64,000 bases of DNA from Eledone cirrhosa (Eukaryota). This document shows positions 1 through 11,948 of this stretch, piece after piece. The DNA is taken from NCBI GenBank assembly GCA_964016885.1, contig OZ024743.1:241180001-241244000 (forward strand), written 5' to 3'. A program made the position numbers and the translations under genes. A model generated the notes under the pieces. The model was given only the letters and a program-made list of their open reading frames with translations. It ran no database searches and had not been told where the DNA came from. Within the stretch, counting starts at the first letter, position 1. Every line of letters starts with the position of its first letter.

Positions 1-1971
1 ATCAGTCATAACTGAATACACATATGACCACCTGATAACAAATGACCTATTTCCCATTGAGCAGAAAGGCTGTAAACGAGGCTCATATGGCTGTAAGGAT
101 CAGCTTCTGGTTAACAAAATGATACTGGAAGATTGTCATAATAGACACAAAAATCTATCGATTGCTTGGATAGATTACAAAAAAACATTCGATAGTTTGC
201 CACACAGTTGGATTGAAAAATGTTTAGAGATTTTCAAAATATCCCCCGTTGTCAGGAGGTTTTTGTCATTCAGTATGAAGACATGGAAAACGACACTCCT
301 TTTGAATAGTGAAACAAAATCACTGGAAGCTGGAGAAGTTAATATTAATTGTTGAATTTTTCAGCGTGACTCTTTATCACCGCTTTTATTCTGCATCGCA
401 CTTATACCATTAAGTAAAATGCTCAATGAAACAAAACATGGATATAAAGTCTATGACAAAACCATTAATCACTGGTTCTACATGGATGACCTGAAACTAT
501 TTGCAAAAAATGATGAACAATTGCAAGGGCTATTATCCACTGTGGACAGTTCAGTGATGACATTAAAATGTAGTTTGGACTAGATAAATGAGCCAAAGCA
601 ACGTTCACCAGAGGAAAGCTGCTGAAGAGTTCAGACATTAATCTTGATCGGGGGAACGTGATAAGAGAACTTGATCAAGAAAAAACTTACAAATATCTAG
701 GTGTTTGTGAAGGAGACGGAATCAAGCACTCGACAATGAGGGAAAGGATAAGGAAGGAATGTTACCGCAGAGTAAGAGCAATCTTAAGAACGGAATTGAA
801 TGCAAGGAATAGGATCGATGCCATAAACACGCTTCCCATACCAGTAGTAACCTACAGTTACAATGTCATCAACTGGTCAAGCACAGAGATCCGTAGGCTC
901 GATACAAAAATTAGAAAATTCTTAACCATGCACAGAATGCATCACCCTAAGGCAGATATAGATAGAATATATCTCCCTAGGAAAGAAGGAGGACGTGGGT
1001 TAATCCAGTTAGACATTGCGTTGAAAACTGCAACAATTGGATTATCTACATATCTAAGGGAATCACATGATTGGATGATCAAACTCGTTTTGAAACACGA
1101 AAGCATCAAAAGATCATATTCCATTACAAAAGATGCACAAAGATACAGTAATGGACTACAAATTTCAGAAGTCCCATTTACTGCTGAAATGGAAAACACA
1201 GAAAAAGCAAAGCAGGTAAAAGTAACTGCAAAGAAAGAACTGCTACAGAAACTGGCTAAGAAATGGCAAGAAAAGCCTCTGTATGGAAAATACCCAGAGC
1301 GAGCTAACAATCCTGATGTTGATAAAACTTTAACCCATCAGTGGTTGGCATTCTCTGGACTGAAAGCGGAGACTGAAGGACTGATTATATCAGCACAAGA
1401 TCAGTGTCTGCCAACAAAAAATTACCAAGCCAACATAATAAAAAATGGATGCAGCCCATTATGCCGTGTATGCAAAAAACAACCAGAGACCATTGACCAT
1501 ATAATTTCAATGTGCAGTCCTATAGCTCCAACCGAATACCTAAACAGGCATGACAGAGATGCACAATACATACATTGGATAATGTGTAAGCATTTTGACC
1601 TGCCCCATCAAAAGAATTGGTGGGAGCATCAACCACCTCCCATACTTGAAAGAGATCACATCTCAATCTTGTGGAACTTTAGCATCCAAACAGACCGAAA
1701 AATAGATGCAAATAGACCTGATATAATATTGAAGGACTTTAAAAAGAGGGTATGCCTGCTGATTGATATGTCTGTTCCAATAGACAAGAATGTATCTATA
1801 AAAACATTTGAAAAATTGAGCAAGTATAAGGACCTGGAGATGGAAATTGGAAAAATGTGGAAATTGAGAACTAAAACAATACCAGTGGCTGTAGGCGCTC
1901 TGGGAATGACACCTAAGGGGTCTAATGATTACTTATCGCAAATCCCAGGAAACCCGCGTATAGGAGAAATA
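1..1971 (+). pseudogene. Degenerate R4/Dong-clade (RT + restriction-like endonuclease) non-LTR retrotransposon, family 1; runs off the window start
   Basis: ORF pieces 119-355 (WIDYKKTFDSLPHSW) and 658-1986 (YKYLG, EGGRGL, CRVC..ETIDHIISMC knuckle, RHD, PDIIL..IDMSVP..KLSKY). A YMDD RT motif lies near 480, with stops and frameshifts in 355-657. Confidence 0.9.
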
Positions 1972-2643
1972 GAAGGAGGAGGCTAGCCCACTATGTAGGA
2001 TATGTGGAGAGAGAGAGGGTACTGTGGCTCACATTGTATCCGAGTGTAAACAGCTAGCCGAGACTCACTATAAAGGCCGGAGACATGATGGGATGGGCAG
2101 GGTGATCCACTGGCACCTATGCAAAGTAAACAATTTACCACATTCTGAGAAGTGGTATGAGCATAAGCCAGAGTCGGGGATAGAAAACGATCAGGTGAAG
2201 GTGCTGTGGGATTTTAGGATACAGACGGACAAGAAACTGGAACACAAAAGACCAGACCTGGTGGTTCTGGACAAGGAAAAAAGATCGTGCCTGATTGTGG
2301 ATGTAGCCTGCCCATTCGACACGAGAGTGCAAGAGAAGGTGAGGGAGAAAATTAACCGATACCAGGACTTAAAGTGGGAGGTAAAAAGGATTTGTAACTG
2401 CCATGAAGTCAAAGTGGTCTCGATTGTCATAGGCGCACTAGGTACTATCTCAAAGAGTTTCCAAGGATGGTTAAAGAAACTTGGTCCCGCCCCGCTTTTT
2501 GGAACACTTCAAAAGGCAAGCTTGCTGAGAACAGCAAGAATCCCCCGATAGGTCCTGAATATCTGAGGCTGCAGATAGTGGCTTGATATTCATTTCAACA
2601 AACTTTCCAGTTAAATAACATCAATGACTGAGACTCAAAGAAC
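1972..2643 (+). mobile_element. 5'-truncated R4/Dong-type element, family 2 (RLE domain + 3' UTR), followed by an (AAT)n tail
   Basis: Closely similar to 10977-11650. ORF 2024-2551 has RHD, PDLVVLD and KINRY motifs. Confidence 0.9.
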
Positions 2644-2961
2644 AATAATAATAATAATAATAATAATGATTACGTTTATTGGCCACAAGGGCCGACATAT
2701 AGGGGACAATACAAAAGACCGGGACAGTGGGGTTTTACAGAAAAATCGAGTAAACTATATGAATCACAATAACAAAGTAACAATAACAAAGTAACAATAA
2801 CAAAGTAACAATAAAGTAACAATAAAATTACAACAAGAAAAATTTTCCCAATAGGGGGGATGATCACCTAGGTTTCGCTCAGGTACCCCACCAGTTCCGA
2901 ACGACCCGACGCTTCGAGAGCACCCTGGAAGGCCCCCCTTCTCCTCCTCAAATTTACCTAC

Positions 2962-5961
2962 CTACAGCCGCATGACCAGAGTAGGCCCACTCACACGGGC
3001 CATTCTCGCCACATTCACCCACCTTTCAGCAAATGTACTGGGGGGCAGCACTTCTCTCTCCACCCTCACCTTCCTTTCCAAGTGAAACTTGAAAAAGTTG
3101 ATGAGGGATTGGCCGAAGAGAAAAGTGTCTATCTTCAGTCCTTTTAATATCGTCCACCACACAACCTCTTTCGCTACTGCCACCAGGCAGAGAAAAATTG
3201 CCTGCCCTTCCTGGCCAAAAGAAGGCGGCGGGTCGATCTTCACTATGGACTCGGCCGATAGCCGGATCCTTTCTACACGCGACAACAGCTGTTCAACATA
3301 ACTCCACAAGTCAGTAATGCACGGACACTGGACGAGTGCGTGCAGAACGGTTCCAGTCTCGGTCTCTTCTTGACCCAGAACTGCAGCTCAGTCATAGAAC
3401 GAGCTGCGGAAAGGCCCGTCTGACAAACGGCGATCACACCTGTTCACCGTTTAGGCAGAATATCTAGAGATGCCGCAGCCTCAGCGCGTGCCTGCGCATC
3501 ATTATCCACGGCATGCCCAGCCCTCCACGTAGAGGGTTCTGGCAGCAGATGGACCCCCTCACCAACGGAACCTGACCCCTCCACAAGTATTTGAAGAGGA
3601 GCCGCTCCAAGATGGCGAGGCGCGAACGGGGTGAAGGGACGAGGGTCAGACGGTAGTAGATGACGGACGCGATGTACGCGTTAGCCACCTCCGCCCGACC
3701 TTTCAGTGATAGCTTTATCCCAGCCCATTTCTGGGTGAGACTGGCTACCCTGTCCGTCACCTCGTCCCAATTCTTTTCCACCTGGAGGTCTGGCCCGAAC
3801 CAAACCCCTAGCAACTTTACCGGTCCGTCCGTCCAGCGGCTAACGACACTGTTGGACAGCATGGACTTGCCTCTCCAGGTGCCGAGTTGCAATCCCACTG
3901 ACTTTTCCGGGTTAAGTTTGCTCCCGTCAACCTTTCATATTCCTCCAATAAGTTGTCGACCACCTCGATTTCTGAGGTGTCCGACACCATCACGGTGATG
4001 TCGTCCGCATAAGCTGACACAGCCTTTCCGCGTCCCGGTTCGAGCGGGATGCCCTGCAACAGTTCCAGCTTCCGCAGTAAAGGCTCGAGAGTCAATACGT
4101 ACAGAAGGGAGGAGAGAGGACACCCTTGACGGACCGATCGGGAGACCTGAAACGGTTCCTCCAGGGTCCGATGGTCGACTCTATAGAATGCTTTCGATTG
4201 ATCTAAATTGATTAGAGCCCCACCGAAGCCAGGTTTACACCCTACCCTCTCTATGATGTATCGCATTAGGTGGAGGTTGTCGTGTATGGACCTGGGTGGG
4301 ATTGCGCAAGTTTGCGCCTCCCCAACCAAATCCCCGACGACAAGCGCCAACCTCTTCGCTAACACCCTGGCCAAAATCTTAAACTCTGTGTTGAGCAGAG
4401 TTATGGGCCTGAAATTGTCTAATGTGTCCCTCTTGTTCTCGTCTTTCCTTATCAGCGTGACCACGCCCCGGCTCACAGAACTGGGAATACTCCCGTGTTG
4501 CTGCCAGTTGCAGTAGAGGACTTTGAGGAGATTGGAGAACAAGTCTGGCATATTTACGTACAGCTCGTAGGGCAGACCATCCAAACCGGGTGACTGGCGC
4601 CTCATGCAGCCGACAAGGGCATCCTGAATCTCGGCTGAAGTAACTGGCTTTTCGCAGCGCCCAGCGTCAGCCGTCGAGAGTTGCGGCAAGCCATTGAGGT
4701 AGGGACTGAAGTCCGCCACCATCTCTGACCCGCCACTTCCCCCGAACAACCGAGCAAAATGTTGGCGAAAGGCCTCACACATCCTCTTGGAATCGCTCAG
4801 CTCGAGCCCGTCTCGGTCCGTCAAAGACCGAATCGTGGTTTTATTACCACGCTGTGCCTCTGCCACGCGGGCCCATCGAACAGCTTTGGTTACCTCGTTT
4901 CTCAGAGCACGCGCCTTAGCTCTGACAATGCAACCTTCGTGTTTCGCATTGAAGAAATGGTCTAATGCCATTCTCGCCGCTAGCACGTCAGTTGCAATTC
5001 CACTACCAATAGCCTCATCTAACTTATCTACCAACTCCCCTTCCTTTCTATTTTTCTCTAACGCTACTTCTTTGCTAAACTCTATCGACATTACTCTAAT
5101 CTCTCTTTTGAGAGCCCCCACCATCTATTGTTGACGACTCCCACCTGTTAACTTTTTCTTAACTAAATTGTTGACCTGGTCCCTGTAAGCCTTACGTGCT
5201 GGAAATGACATGTTTAGCTTCCAGTAACCAGGTCCTAACCCACGCGTCTTATCTAGGTCGACCATACAGATCACAAACTTGTGATCTGAATAGGCGACCG
5301 TTTCAAAACGTGGACAGCTTACACTATTTCTGTCTATTTTCCTAATGAATATCCTGTCTATATACGATCTAGACAACCCTATGTGGTTAGCCCAGGTCCA
5401 CACTGGCGCATTAGGGAAATCTAGTCGGTACCTGTCAGACAGTTGGAACTGGCTGATCAGGTTCTTGAGGTTTTTGCACCCCCCGCTCCTATTGGATACT
5501 CCAACACAGTCCCAGCGTGCGTCTAAGATGCCGTTCCAGTCCCCCGCTAACAGTAAAGGGCGAGACGTACCTAGAAAGACTTCCAGGGGTCTAAAGAAGT
5601 CCGGCCGTCCTGCCCCAGTAGGAGCATAGACGGCCACCTGTCTAAAGGCACCACCTTCGTTATTGTTCACGTCCAAGACCACCAACTTCCCATCCGGGTC
5701 CCGGAAGATCGACCTTACCTCGAGATCCAGGCCTTTCCTAAACACCACTACCACCCCGCCTCCCATTCCCGGCCAGCTAACAGATGCAAAGATCTGATAG
5801 TCGTCGAAAATGGGGGCTTGTGCGCGCGTGTCGGAAATCCTGGTCTCGCTGACTGCAATTACATCCATTTCTATAGATCTGAGGTCGTTGAGCAGGTGAC
5901 CCTGCTTCTAGGATGATCCCAGGACTCGAACATTTAAACATCCTACTCTTAATACAGCCAT
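2962..5961 (-). pseudogene. Tx1/L1 ORF2 (APE endonuclease + RT), disrupted
   Basis: Motifs VYAP, GDWN, IDRIF, SDH (APE); SPGLDGLPYE, FRPITLLN, RQGCPLS, AYADD (RT). Premature stop near 5908, frameshifts, and internal deletions relative to copy B. Confidence 0.88.
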
Positions 5962-5992
5962 GTTGGTAGGTTAAACAGAGAGAGAGGAAGGT

Positions 5993-7990
5993 TTACTTAC
6001 CTTCCGGGCTCTTGTGAAGGTCGGGTTGTTCGACCTCCATAGTTGGTGGGGTTTCTTTTGGGAACCCCTTTAAAAGTCTTGAAGTGGGTTTTACGTTCGG
6101 GGTTCCCACGTCCCGAGTAAAGCTGTCTCGTATTTCTTTGAATATATCGAGCGACATTCGCACCAGAACCAAATCTTCCGGCATTCGAAATGTGCTCGAT
6201 TTAAAAATTTCCCTCTCTATTTGTATATTTTCACTTCGTGCTACGAGGGCCATCAGTTTCTTGTTGGCCCTCCTGACGAGCACGAAGTTTTGTATGTTTT
6301 GTTGGTGTGATTTTATTTGTTTGCGTGGCTGTGGTGGTGATGGTTTTGGTGGTGTTGTTTCGGTTGTATCTGTGTTTGTTGTGAGTGCGGTGTCTGTGGT
6401 TTCAGATGTTTGTGCGTGTATTTGTTCTTGTGTCTGTTTCGGTTGTTTGCGTTTGGGGGATTCTGGTGATGGTGATGGTGGTGTTGATGTTGGTGTTATT
6501 AGAGAGATGTTTGCGTAGGTGGTATCTGCGTTTTTTAATGTGGGTTCTTTTGTGCTTTGTTGAGTTTTTTTTTTCTCTTTGTGTTTACTTTTTTGTATTT
6601 TGGGGGATTTTGGTTTTCCCTCATTTTCACTACTGGTAGATGAGGGGTCTGTGTCTGTAAGTGTGTCTGTATGTATGTTTATGGTTTTATTGGTGTGTGT
6701 ATTTTTTTTGGGGGGGGGGGGGATTTGACAGCTTTCCTCGTTTCCCCCCTGGGTGGTCAATGTTGGTGGTGGTCTTTCTATTGGTGTTGTTGTTGGTGGT
6801 TTTGCCGGTGCTGGTGTTGGTTGTGGTCCTCGCCCCGGCGTCGGCCACAGTGGAGCATTTCCACCCCTTGCCTCTTTCAGCAGTTGACGGCAGAAGTCTC
6901 GCAAATGGGTTTTTTCCCCACAAACAAAACACTGCGGCCTTTTGCCTTCGGTCATAATGTGAATGACCGTCCCATTCTGAAGGCGGATGTGGTCCGGGAT
7001 TGTCTTCACATTCTCGGGCCTGATCTGGAGAAGGATCTCCAGGTCAACCCCGGACCCGTCCTCTCTGGCCGTTCTGGTCACTTCTATAGGGACGGTAACC
7101 GTCCCCTCCACAATCACACATCCCAGAAGCCACGACATGTCAAGTCCTGGTGGGATTCTGGAAATGCGGAGACGGGCCGTTCTTTTTCCCATGTGGGAGA
7201 GGTACATTATGACCTTGCTGGTTTTGCAAGGAGTCATAGCGTGTTTCATAGCGAGGGCTTCTGACTTGAACAACACCTAAATGGTGCCGTACTGTCTGCT
7301 CCTCTCTATGTACTGGGCGTCTTCTCTGATGCACCTCAGCGCGACTTCGACATCTTCTTGTGGGATTAAAGCTGCCCTTTTGGTTTGTACTGAGATGCAT
7401 CTATAATGCACCGTTCTGCGCTCCACTGCCTCAATAGCTTCTACCGGGACAGTTAAGTTGGCCCAGGTTTGCTCTTGCTTGATGAGCTTCTATGCCTGGC
7501 CCAACTTTTCATCTTTGCTTGAGAGGTCCATATTAATGCATGGCCTCTTTTTTGTTGCTGCCGCAACGAAAGTGTTCTTCTTGTTTTCGTTGGGGGTGTT
7601 GTTGTCGTTGTCGTTGTTCTTGTTGGTGTTGTTGTTATCACTGTCGCTGTTATCATTGTTGTCTTTGTTGCCACCGTTGTTCTCGGTGCAGTTGGTATTG
7701 TTGCTGTTGGTGTTGTCGCTATTTGTTTTCATGTTAGTGGTGTTGATATTGTTGTTGTATTTGTTACTTTTTTTTGTTATCTGTATTTTCGTTGTCGCTG
7801 TTACAGTCATATTTTTGAAAATTAGAGTTCTCATTGGTATCATTGGTGTCTTTGTTTACCTTGTTTGTGGTGGTGTTTGTGTTGTCAATGTGTGTTAATT
7901 TCGCTGTAGCGCTCCTCTCAACTTCTACGTCGTTGTCGCACGACAGCCGACATATCGCTGGGGGGGGGGGGGGGGGCGTGGCTCAGCCAT
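5993..7990 (-). pseudogene. Tx1/L1 ORF1 (gag-like, single CCHC zinc knuckle, low-complexity N/T/P tracts), frameshifted
   Basis: CFVCGEKTHLRDFC in ORF 5993-7276. Likely ATG at 7990 (MAEPRPPP). Lies upstream of ORF2. Confidence 0.8.
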
Positions 7991-8206
7991 GTTTTTTTCC
8001 TTCGTAAATTTTTTAACATGTAAAAAAAAGTTCAAATATTTGGGCCAAAAGGACTAAATATTATACTTTCCCCTTCACGGGGCAAAGTCTAAGGGCTTAT
8101 ATCCCTTACACAATAAGAAATATTTAACAACAAATAATTTTAACAGGCAAATAAAGCGACTTACTGTGAGCGAGCAAAATACGCCCGCTTAGACCAATAA
8201 TAATAA

Positions 8207-8567
8207 CGTGGTTTTGGACAAGGAAAAAAGATCTTGCCTGATTGTAAATGTAGCCTGCCCATTTGACACGAGAGTGCAAGAAAAGGAGAGGGAGAAAATT
8301 AACCGATACCAGGATTTAAAGTGGGAGTTAAAAAGGATTCGTCCCTATTGGGATAGGCGCACTAGGTACTATCTCAAAGAGTTTCCAGGGATGTTTAAAG
8401 GGGATTAGTCCAGCCCCGCTTTTTGAAACACTTCAAAGGGCATGATTACTGGGAACAGCATGAACCCTCCGATACGTCCTGAATGTCTGAGGCTGCAGGT
8501 AGCGGCTTGATATTCATTTTAACAAAATTTCCAGTTAAATAACTTCAATGACTGAGACTCAAAGAAC
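8207..8567 (+). mobile_element. Short 3' fragment of Dong family 2
   Basis: Matches 2259-2643 with a small internal deletion; flanked by AAT repeats on both sides. Confidence 0.9.

Positions 8568-8630
<63 letters not shown>
8568..8630. repeat. (AAT)n microsatellite
   Basis: Perfect trinucleotide run between two Dong copies. Confidence 0.98.
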
Positions 8631-8632
<2 letters not shown>

Positions 8633-11600
8633 TCTGAATACTGAGATAAATAATACCTGGAACAGAGATACGGCCACTGAGGAGATGAATGCTGACGGGC
8701 TAGGACAAGATTCGGTTGACATCCTAAATTTAGTGGTAGATAGTGGGAGACCTATGAACCTAAGATTTGTAGACAGGAAAAAGTTAAAAGAAACAACAGC
8801 TAAGGTAAACAAAGTCATCCCATACCTTGAGGCGAGGAGTCTTCACCAGTGCAACAATATCCTCAAAGCAACAGCAAATACGGTGAGGAAACTACTTGGT
8901 ATAAAAGCGAGAGGAAACAACAGACAAGAAAGAGCAGAGCCGTGGTGGAAGAAGCGACTGAGTGGGCAAATCGGGGAAATGAGAAATGACATAGGAAAGC
9001 TTGAGTCACTACTGAATGGGACACTAAAAAACATAGGCACTAAAAATAGACTGGAAATAAAATACAAAACTAGGAGTAAAAAGCTAAATATTATCATAGA
9101 GGAATTGAAGCAACGCATTGTAGCAAAGAGTGCCAAAATCAGGCGATACGAGAACAGAGTCAGTCAGTATAAACAGAACCGCATGTTCGACAACAACCAG
9201 AAGATGCTGTTTGGACAGCTTGAGGGGAAAGAAAGAGGCAACGACTTGATCCCTGGGGCGGAACAAGCTAAAACATTCTGGAGAGGAATATGGGAGCAGG
9301 ATGTTAGACACAATGCCCAGGCAGGGTGGATTGAGACAGTACAGAGGGAGATCGGTGAGCAGGCACAACAACAGACTGATTTGAGTATCATAGTTGAAAC
9401 TCTTAAGGGGCAAGCCAAAAAACTAACCAACTGGAAATCACCAGGCCCAGATGGTGTGCAGGGGTATTGGATTAAACATTTAACATCCCTCCACCCGAAG
9501 CTGACGGCCATGTTCAATGACTGCTTGATGTCGGGTGAGGTGCCAGAGTGGTTGACAAAAGGTACCACAGTTCTGATAATGAAAGACCGAATCAAGGGTA
9601 ATGATGTTACCAACTATAGACCTATCACATGTCTGCCCGTAATGTGGAAACTGTTGACGAGCATTGTGTCTGAGGAAATCTACCATCACCTCCACACAAA
9701 CAACTTGTTACCGGACGAACAGAAAGGATGCCGAAAGAAGTCACGTGGTACAAAGGACCAGTTGCTTATTGATAAGATGGTAATGGGGAATTGCAGGAGG
9801 AGACACACTGATCTTGCCATGGGATGGATAGACTACAGAAAGGCATTTGACATGGTGCCTCATTCCTGGATCACCAAAAGCCTGGAGATCTTCAGGGTGG
9901 CAGATAACATCAGACAGTTGCTGGGCAGGAGTATGGGGTCCTGGGAGACAGAGTTGACATCAACTGGAGTATCCTTGGGAAGCGTGAAGATCAAGAGAGG
10001 TATCTTCCAGGGAGATAGCCTGTCCCCTCTGTTGTTTGTCCTTGCCCTGATGCCCTTGACCATTATGCTGCGAAAAGTGAGAGCAGGATACAAGTTGGGA
10101 AGGGGAGAGCTTACCATCAATCACCTCCTCTTCATGGACGATCTTAAGCTCTTCGGGAAAAGTGAGAAGGAGTTGGATGTGCTTGTTGACACTGTCCGTA
10201 TTTTCAGCAGTGATATATGTATGCAGTTTGGTATTGGTAAATGTGGAGTCATTGTGATGAAGAGGGGTAGGTTGAGCAGAAGTAACGGGATCCAGATACC
10301 AACAGGTGAGATGATAAAGGAAATTGACTCTGAGGAAGGATACAAGTATTTGGGCGTTCTGGAGGCTGATGGCATAAAGAACAAAAAAATGAAGGAATTG
10401 TTAAGAACTGAATACATTCGGAGAGTAAGGAGCGTATTGAAGTCACATCTGAACAGCAGAAATGCCATAAGCGCAGTAAATTCCCGAGCTGTGTCTATTA
10501 TTAGGTACAGTGCGGGAATTCTGAGATGGAATGTTGCTGAACAAAAAGAAATGGATAGGAAGACTAGGAAGCTATTGACTATCTACAACATGTTCCACAA
10601 GAGGAGTGATGTCGATAGACTCTACCTAAGGAGATCTGAGGGTGGAAGAGGTCTTATCAGCATAGAGGACTGTGTTCAGATGGAGAAAAACAACCTATAC
10701 AAATACGTGACCTATAGTAAGGAGCCAATGCTCAGAACTCTACTGAAGGAGGGGACAGTAGGCCAGGGGATGTCCAAGGAGGAAATAACATCAAGGAGGA
10801 AGAGCAGCCTTAAGGGAAAATCCCTTCATAGTACCTTCTTTGAGAAAACTGAATTTAGAGATCCACAGACATGGAACTGGTTGAGAAGAGGAGACCTCAA
10901 AAAGGCTACAGAAGGAATGCTAATGGCTGCGCAGGAGCAGGCCCTCAAAACGAAGTGGTTGAAGCACCATATCTACAAGGAGGAGGCTAGCCCACTGTGC
11001 AGGATCTGTGGAGAGAGAGAGGAGACTGTGGCTCACATTGTGTCCGAGTGTAAACACCTAGCCCAGACCCACTATAAGGGCTGGAGACACGATGTGATGG
11101 GCAGGGTGATCCACTGGCACCTGTGCAAAGTAAACAATCTACCACATTCTGAGAAATGGTATGAGCATAGGCCAGAGGCGGTGATGGAGAACAGTCAGGT
11201 GAAGGTGCTGTGGGATTTTAGGATACAGACGGACAAAAAACTGGAACACAATAGACCTGACCTGGTGGTTGTGGACAAAGAAAAAAGATCGTGCCTGATT
11301 GTGGATGTGGCCTGCCCGTTCGACACGAGAGTGCAAGAGAAGGAGAGGGAGAAAATTAACCGATACCAGGACCTAAAGTGGGAGGTGAAAAGGATTTGGA
11401 ACTGCCATGAAGTCAAAGTGATCCCGATTGTCATAGGCGCACTGGGGACTATCTCCAAAGGTTTCCAGGGATGGTTAAAGAAAATCGGCCCCTTCACGCT
11501 TTTTGGAATGCTTCAAAAGGCATGCTTGCTTGGAACAGCAAGAACCCTCCGATACGTCCTGAATATCTGAGGCTGCAGGTAGTGGCTTGATATTCAATCC

Positions 11601-11650
11601 AACGGACTTTCCAGTTAACCAACATCAATGACTGAGATTCAAGGAATAAC
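8631..11650 (+). mobile_element. R4/Dong-type non-LTR retrotransposon, family 2, probably 5'-truncated, young
   Basis: Uninterrupted ORF, ~80-nt 3' UTR and AAT repeats on both sides. The frame is open back to the AAT tract. Confidence 0.92.
8685..11570 (+). CDS. Reverse transcriptase + CCHC + restriction-like endonuclease polyprotein (961 aa)
   Basis: Motifs KSPGPDG, YRPITCL, IDYRKAFD, FQGDSLSPLLF, LFMDD, YKYLG, CRIC..HIVSEC, RHD and PD..D..K..Y RLE. Confidence 0.95.
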   Translation: MNADGLGQDSVDILNLVVDSGRPMNLRFVDRKKLKETTAKVNKVIPYLEARSLHQCNNILKATANTVRKLLGIKARGNNRQERAEPWWKKRLSGQIGEMRNDIGKLESLLNGTLKNIGTKNRLEIKYKTRSKKLNIIIEELKQRIVAKSAKIRRYENRVSQYKQNRMFDNNQKMLFGQLEGKERGNDLIPGAEQAKTFWRGIWEQDVRHNAQAGWIETVQREIGEQAQQQTDLSIIVETLKGQAKKLTNWKSPGPDGVQGYWIKHLTSLHPKLTAMFNDCLMSGEVPEWLTKGTTVLIMKDRIKGNDVTNYRPITCLPVMWKLLTSIVSEEIYHHLHTNNLLPDEQKGCRKKSRGTKDQLLIDKMVMGNCRRRHTDLAMGWIDYRKAFDMVPHSWITKSLEIFRVADNIRQLLGRSMGSWETELTSTGVSLGSVKIKRGIFQGDSLSPLLFVLALMPLTIMLRKVRAGYKLGRGELTINHLLFMDDLKLFGKSEKELDVLVDTVRIFSSDICMQFGIGKCGVIVMKRGRLSRSNGIQIPTGEMIKEIDSEEGYKYLGVLEADGIKNKKMKELLRTEYIRRVRSVLKSHLNSRNAISAVNSRAVSIIRYSAGILRWNVAEQKEMDRKTRKLLTIYNMFHKRSDVDRLYLRRSEGGRGLISIEDCVQMEKNNLYKYVTYSKEPMLRTLLKEGTVGQGMSKEEITSRRKSSLKGKSLHSTFFEKTEFRDPQTWNWLRRGDLKKATEGMLMAAQEQALKTKWLKHHIYKEEASPLCRICGEREETVAHIVSECKHLAQTHYKGWRHDVMGRVIHWHLCKVNNLPHSEKWYEHRPEAVMENSQVKVLWDFRIQTDKKLEHNRPDLVVVDKEKRSCLIVDVACPFDTRVQEKEREKINRYQDLKWEVKRIWNCHEVKVIPIVIGALGTISKGFQGWLKKIGPFTLFGMLQKACLLGTARTLRYVLNI

Positions 11651-11656
11651 AATAAC

Positions 11657-11704
<48 letters not shown>
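11651..11704. repeat. (AAT)n tail / target tract
   Basis: Direct reading. Confidence 0.97.
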
Positions 11705-11705
<1 letters not shown>

Positions 11706-11948
11706 TTTTTTTTATTAACCACAAGGGTTTACATAAAGTAGACATTAAGGACAGTACAGGACAATACAGGACGGTACAAATGGGCATTTCTGCGTGTAAA
11801 AAAAACAGAGGATGAAATAAAATAACAAAGAAAAATTCCCCAATAGGGGGGAGACTTCCGAGGGACATTTGTGGAGAAAGCCCATTAAAAGACCACAGTG
11901 GCCCTGACCACCAGGGCAAGTGCCCTCTCCCAGTTTTCCACCTTTAAT

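Larger units (their letters stand above)
2668..8195 (-). mobile_element. Near full-length, decayed L1/Tx1-clade non-LTR retrotransposon (copy A) inserted in (AAT)n
   Basis: ORF1 with a CCHC knuckle and ORF2 with APE-RT. The 5' end is GG directly after (ATT)n; the 3' end is CCCTTGTGG..AATAAA followed by (ATT)n. Confidence 0.9.
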
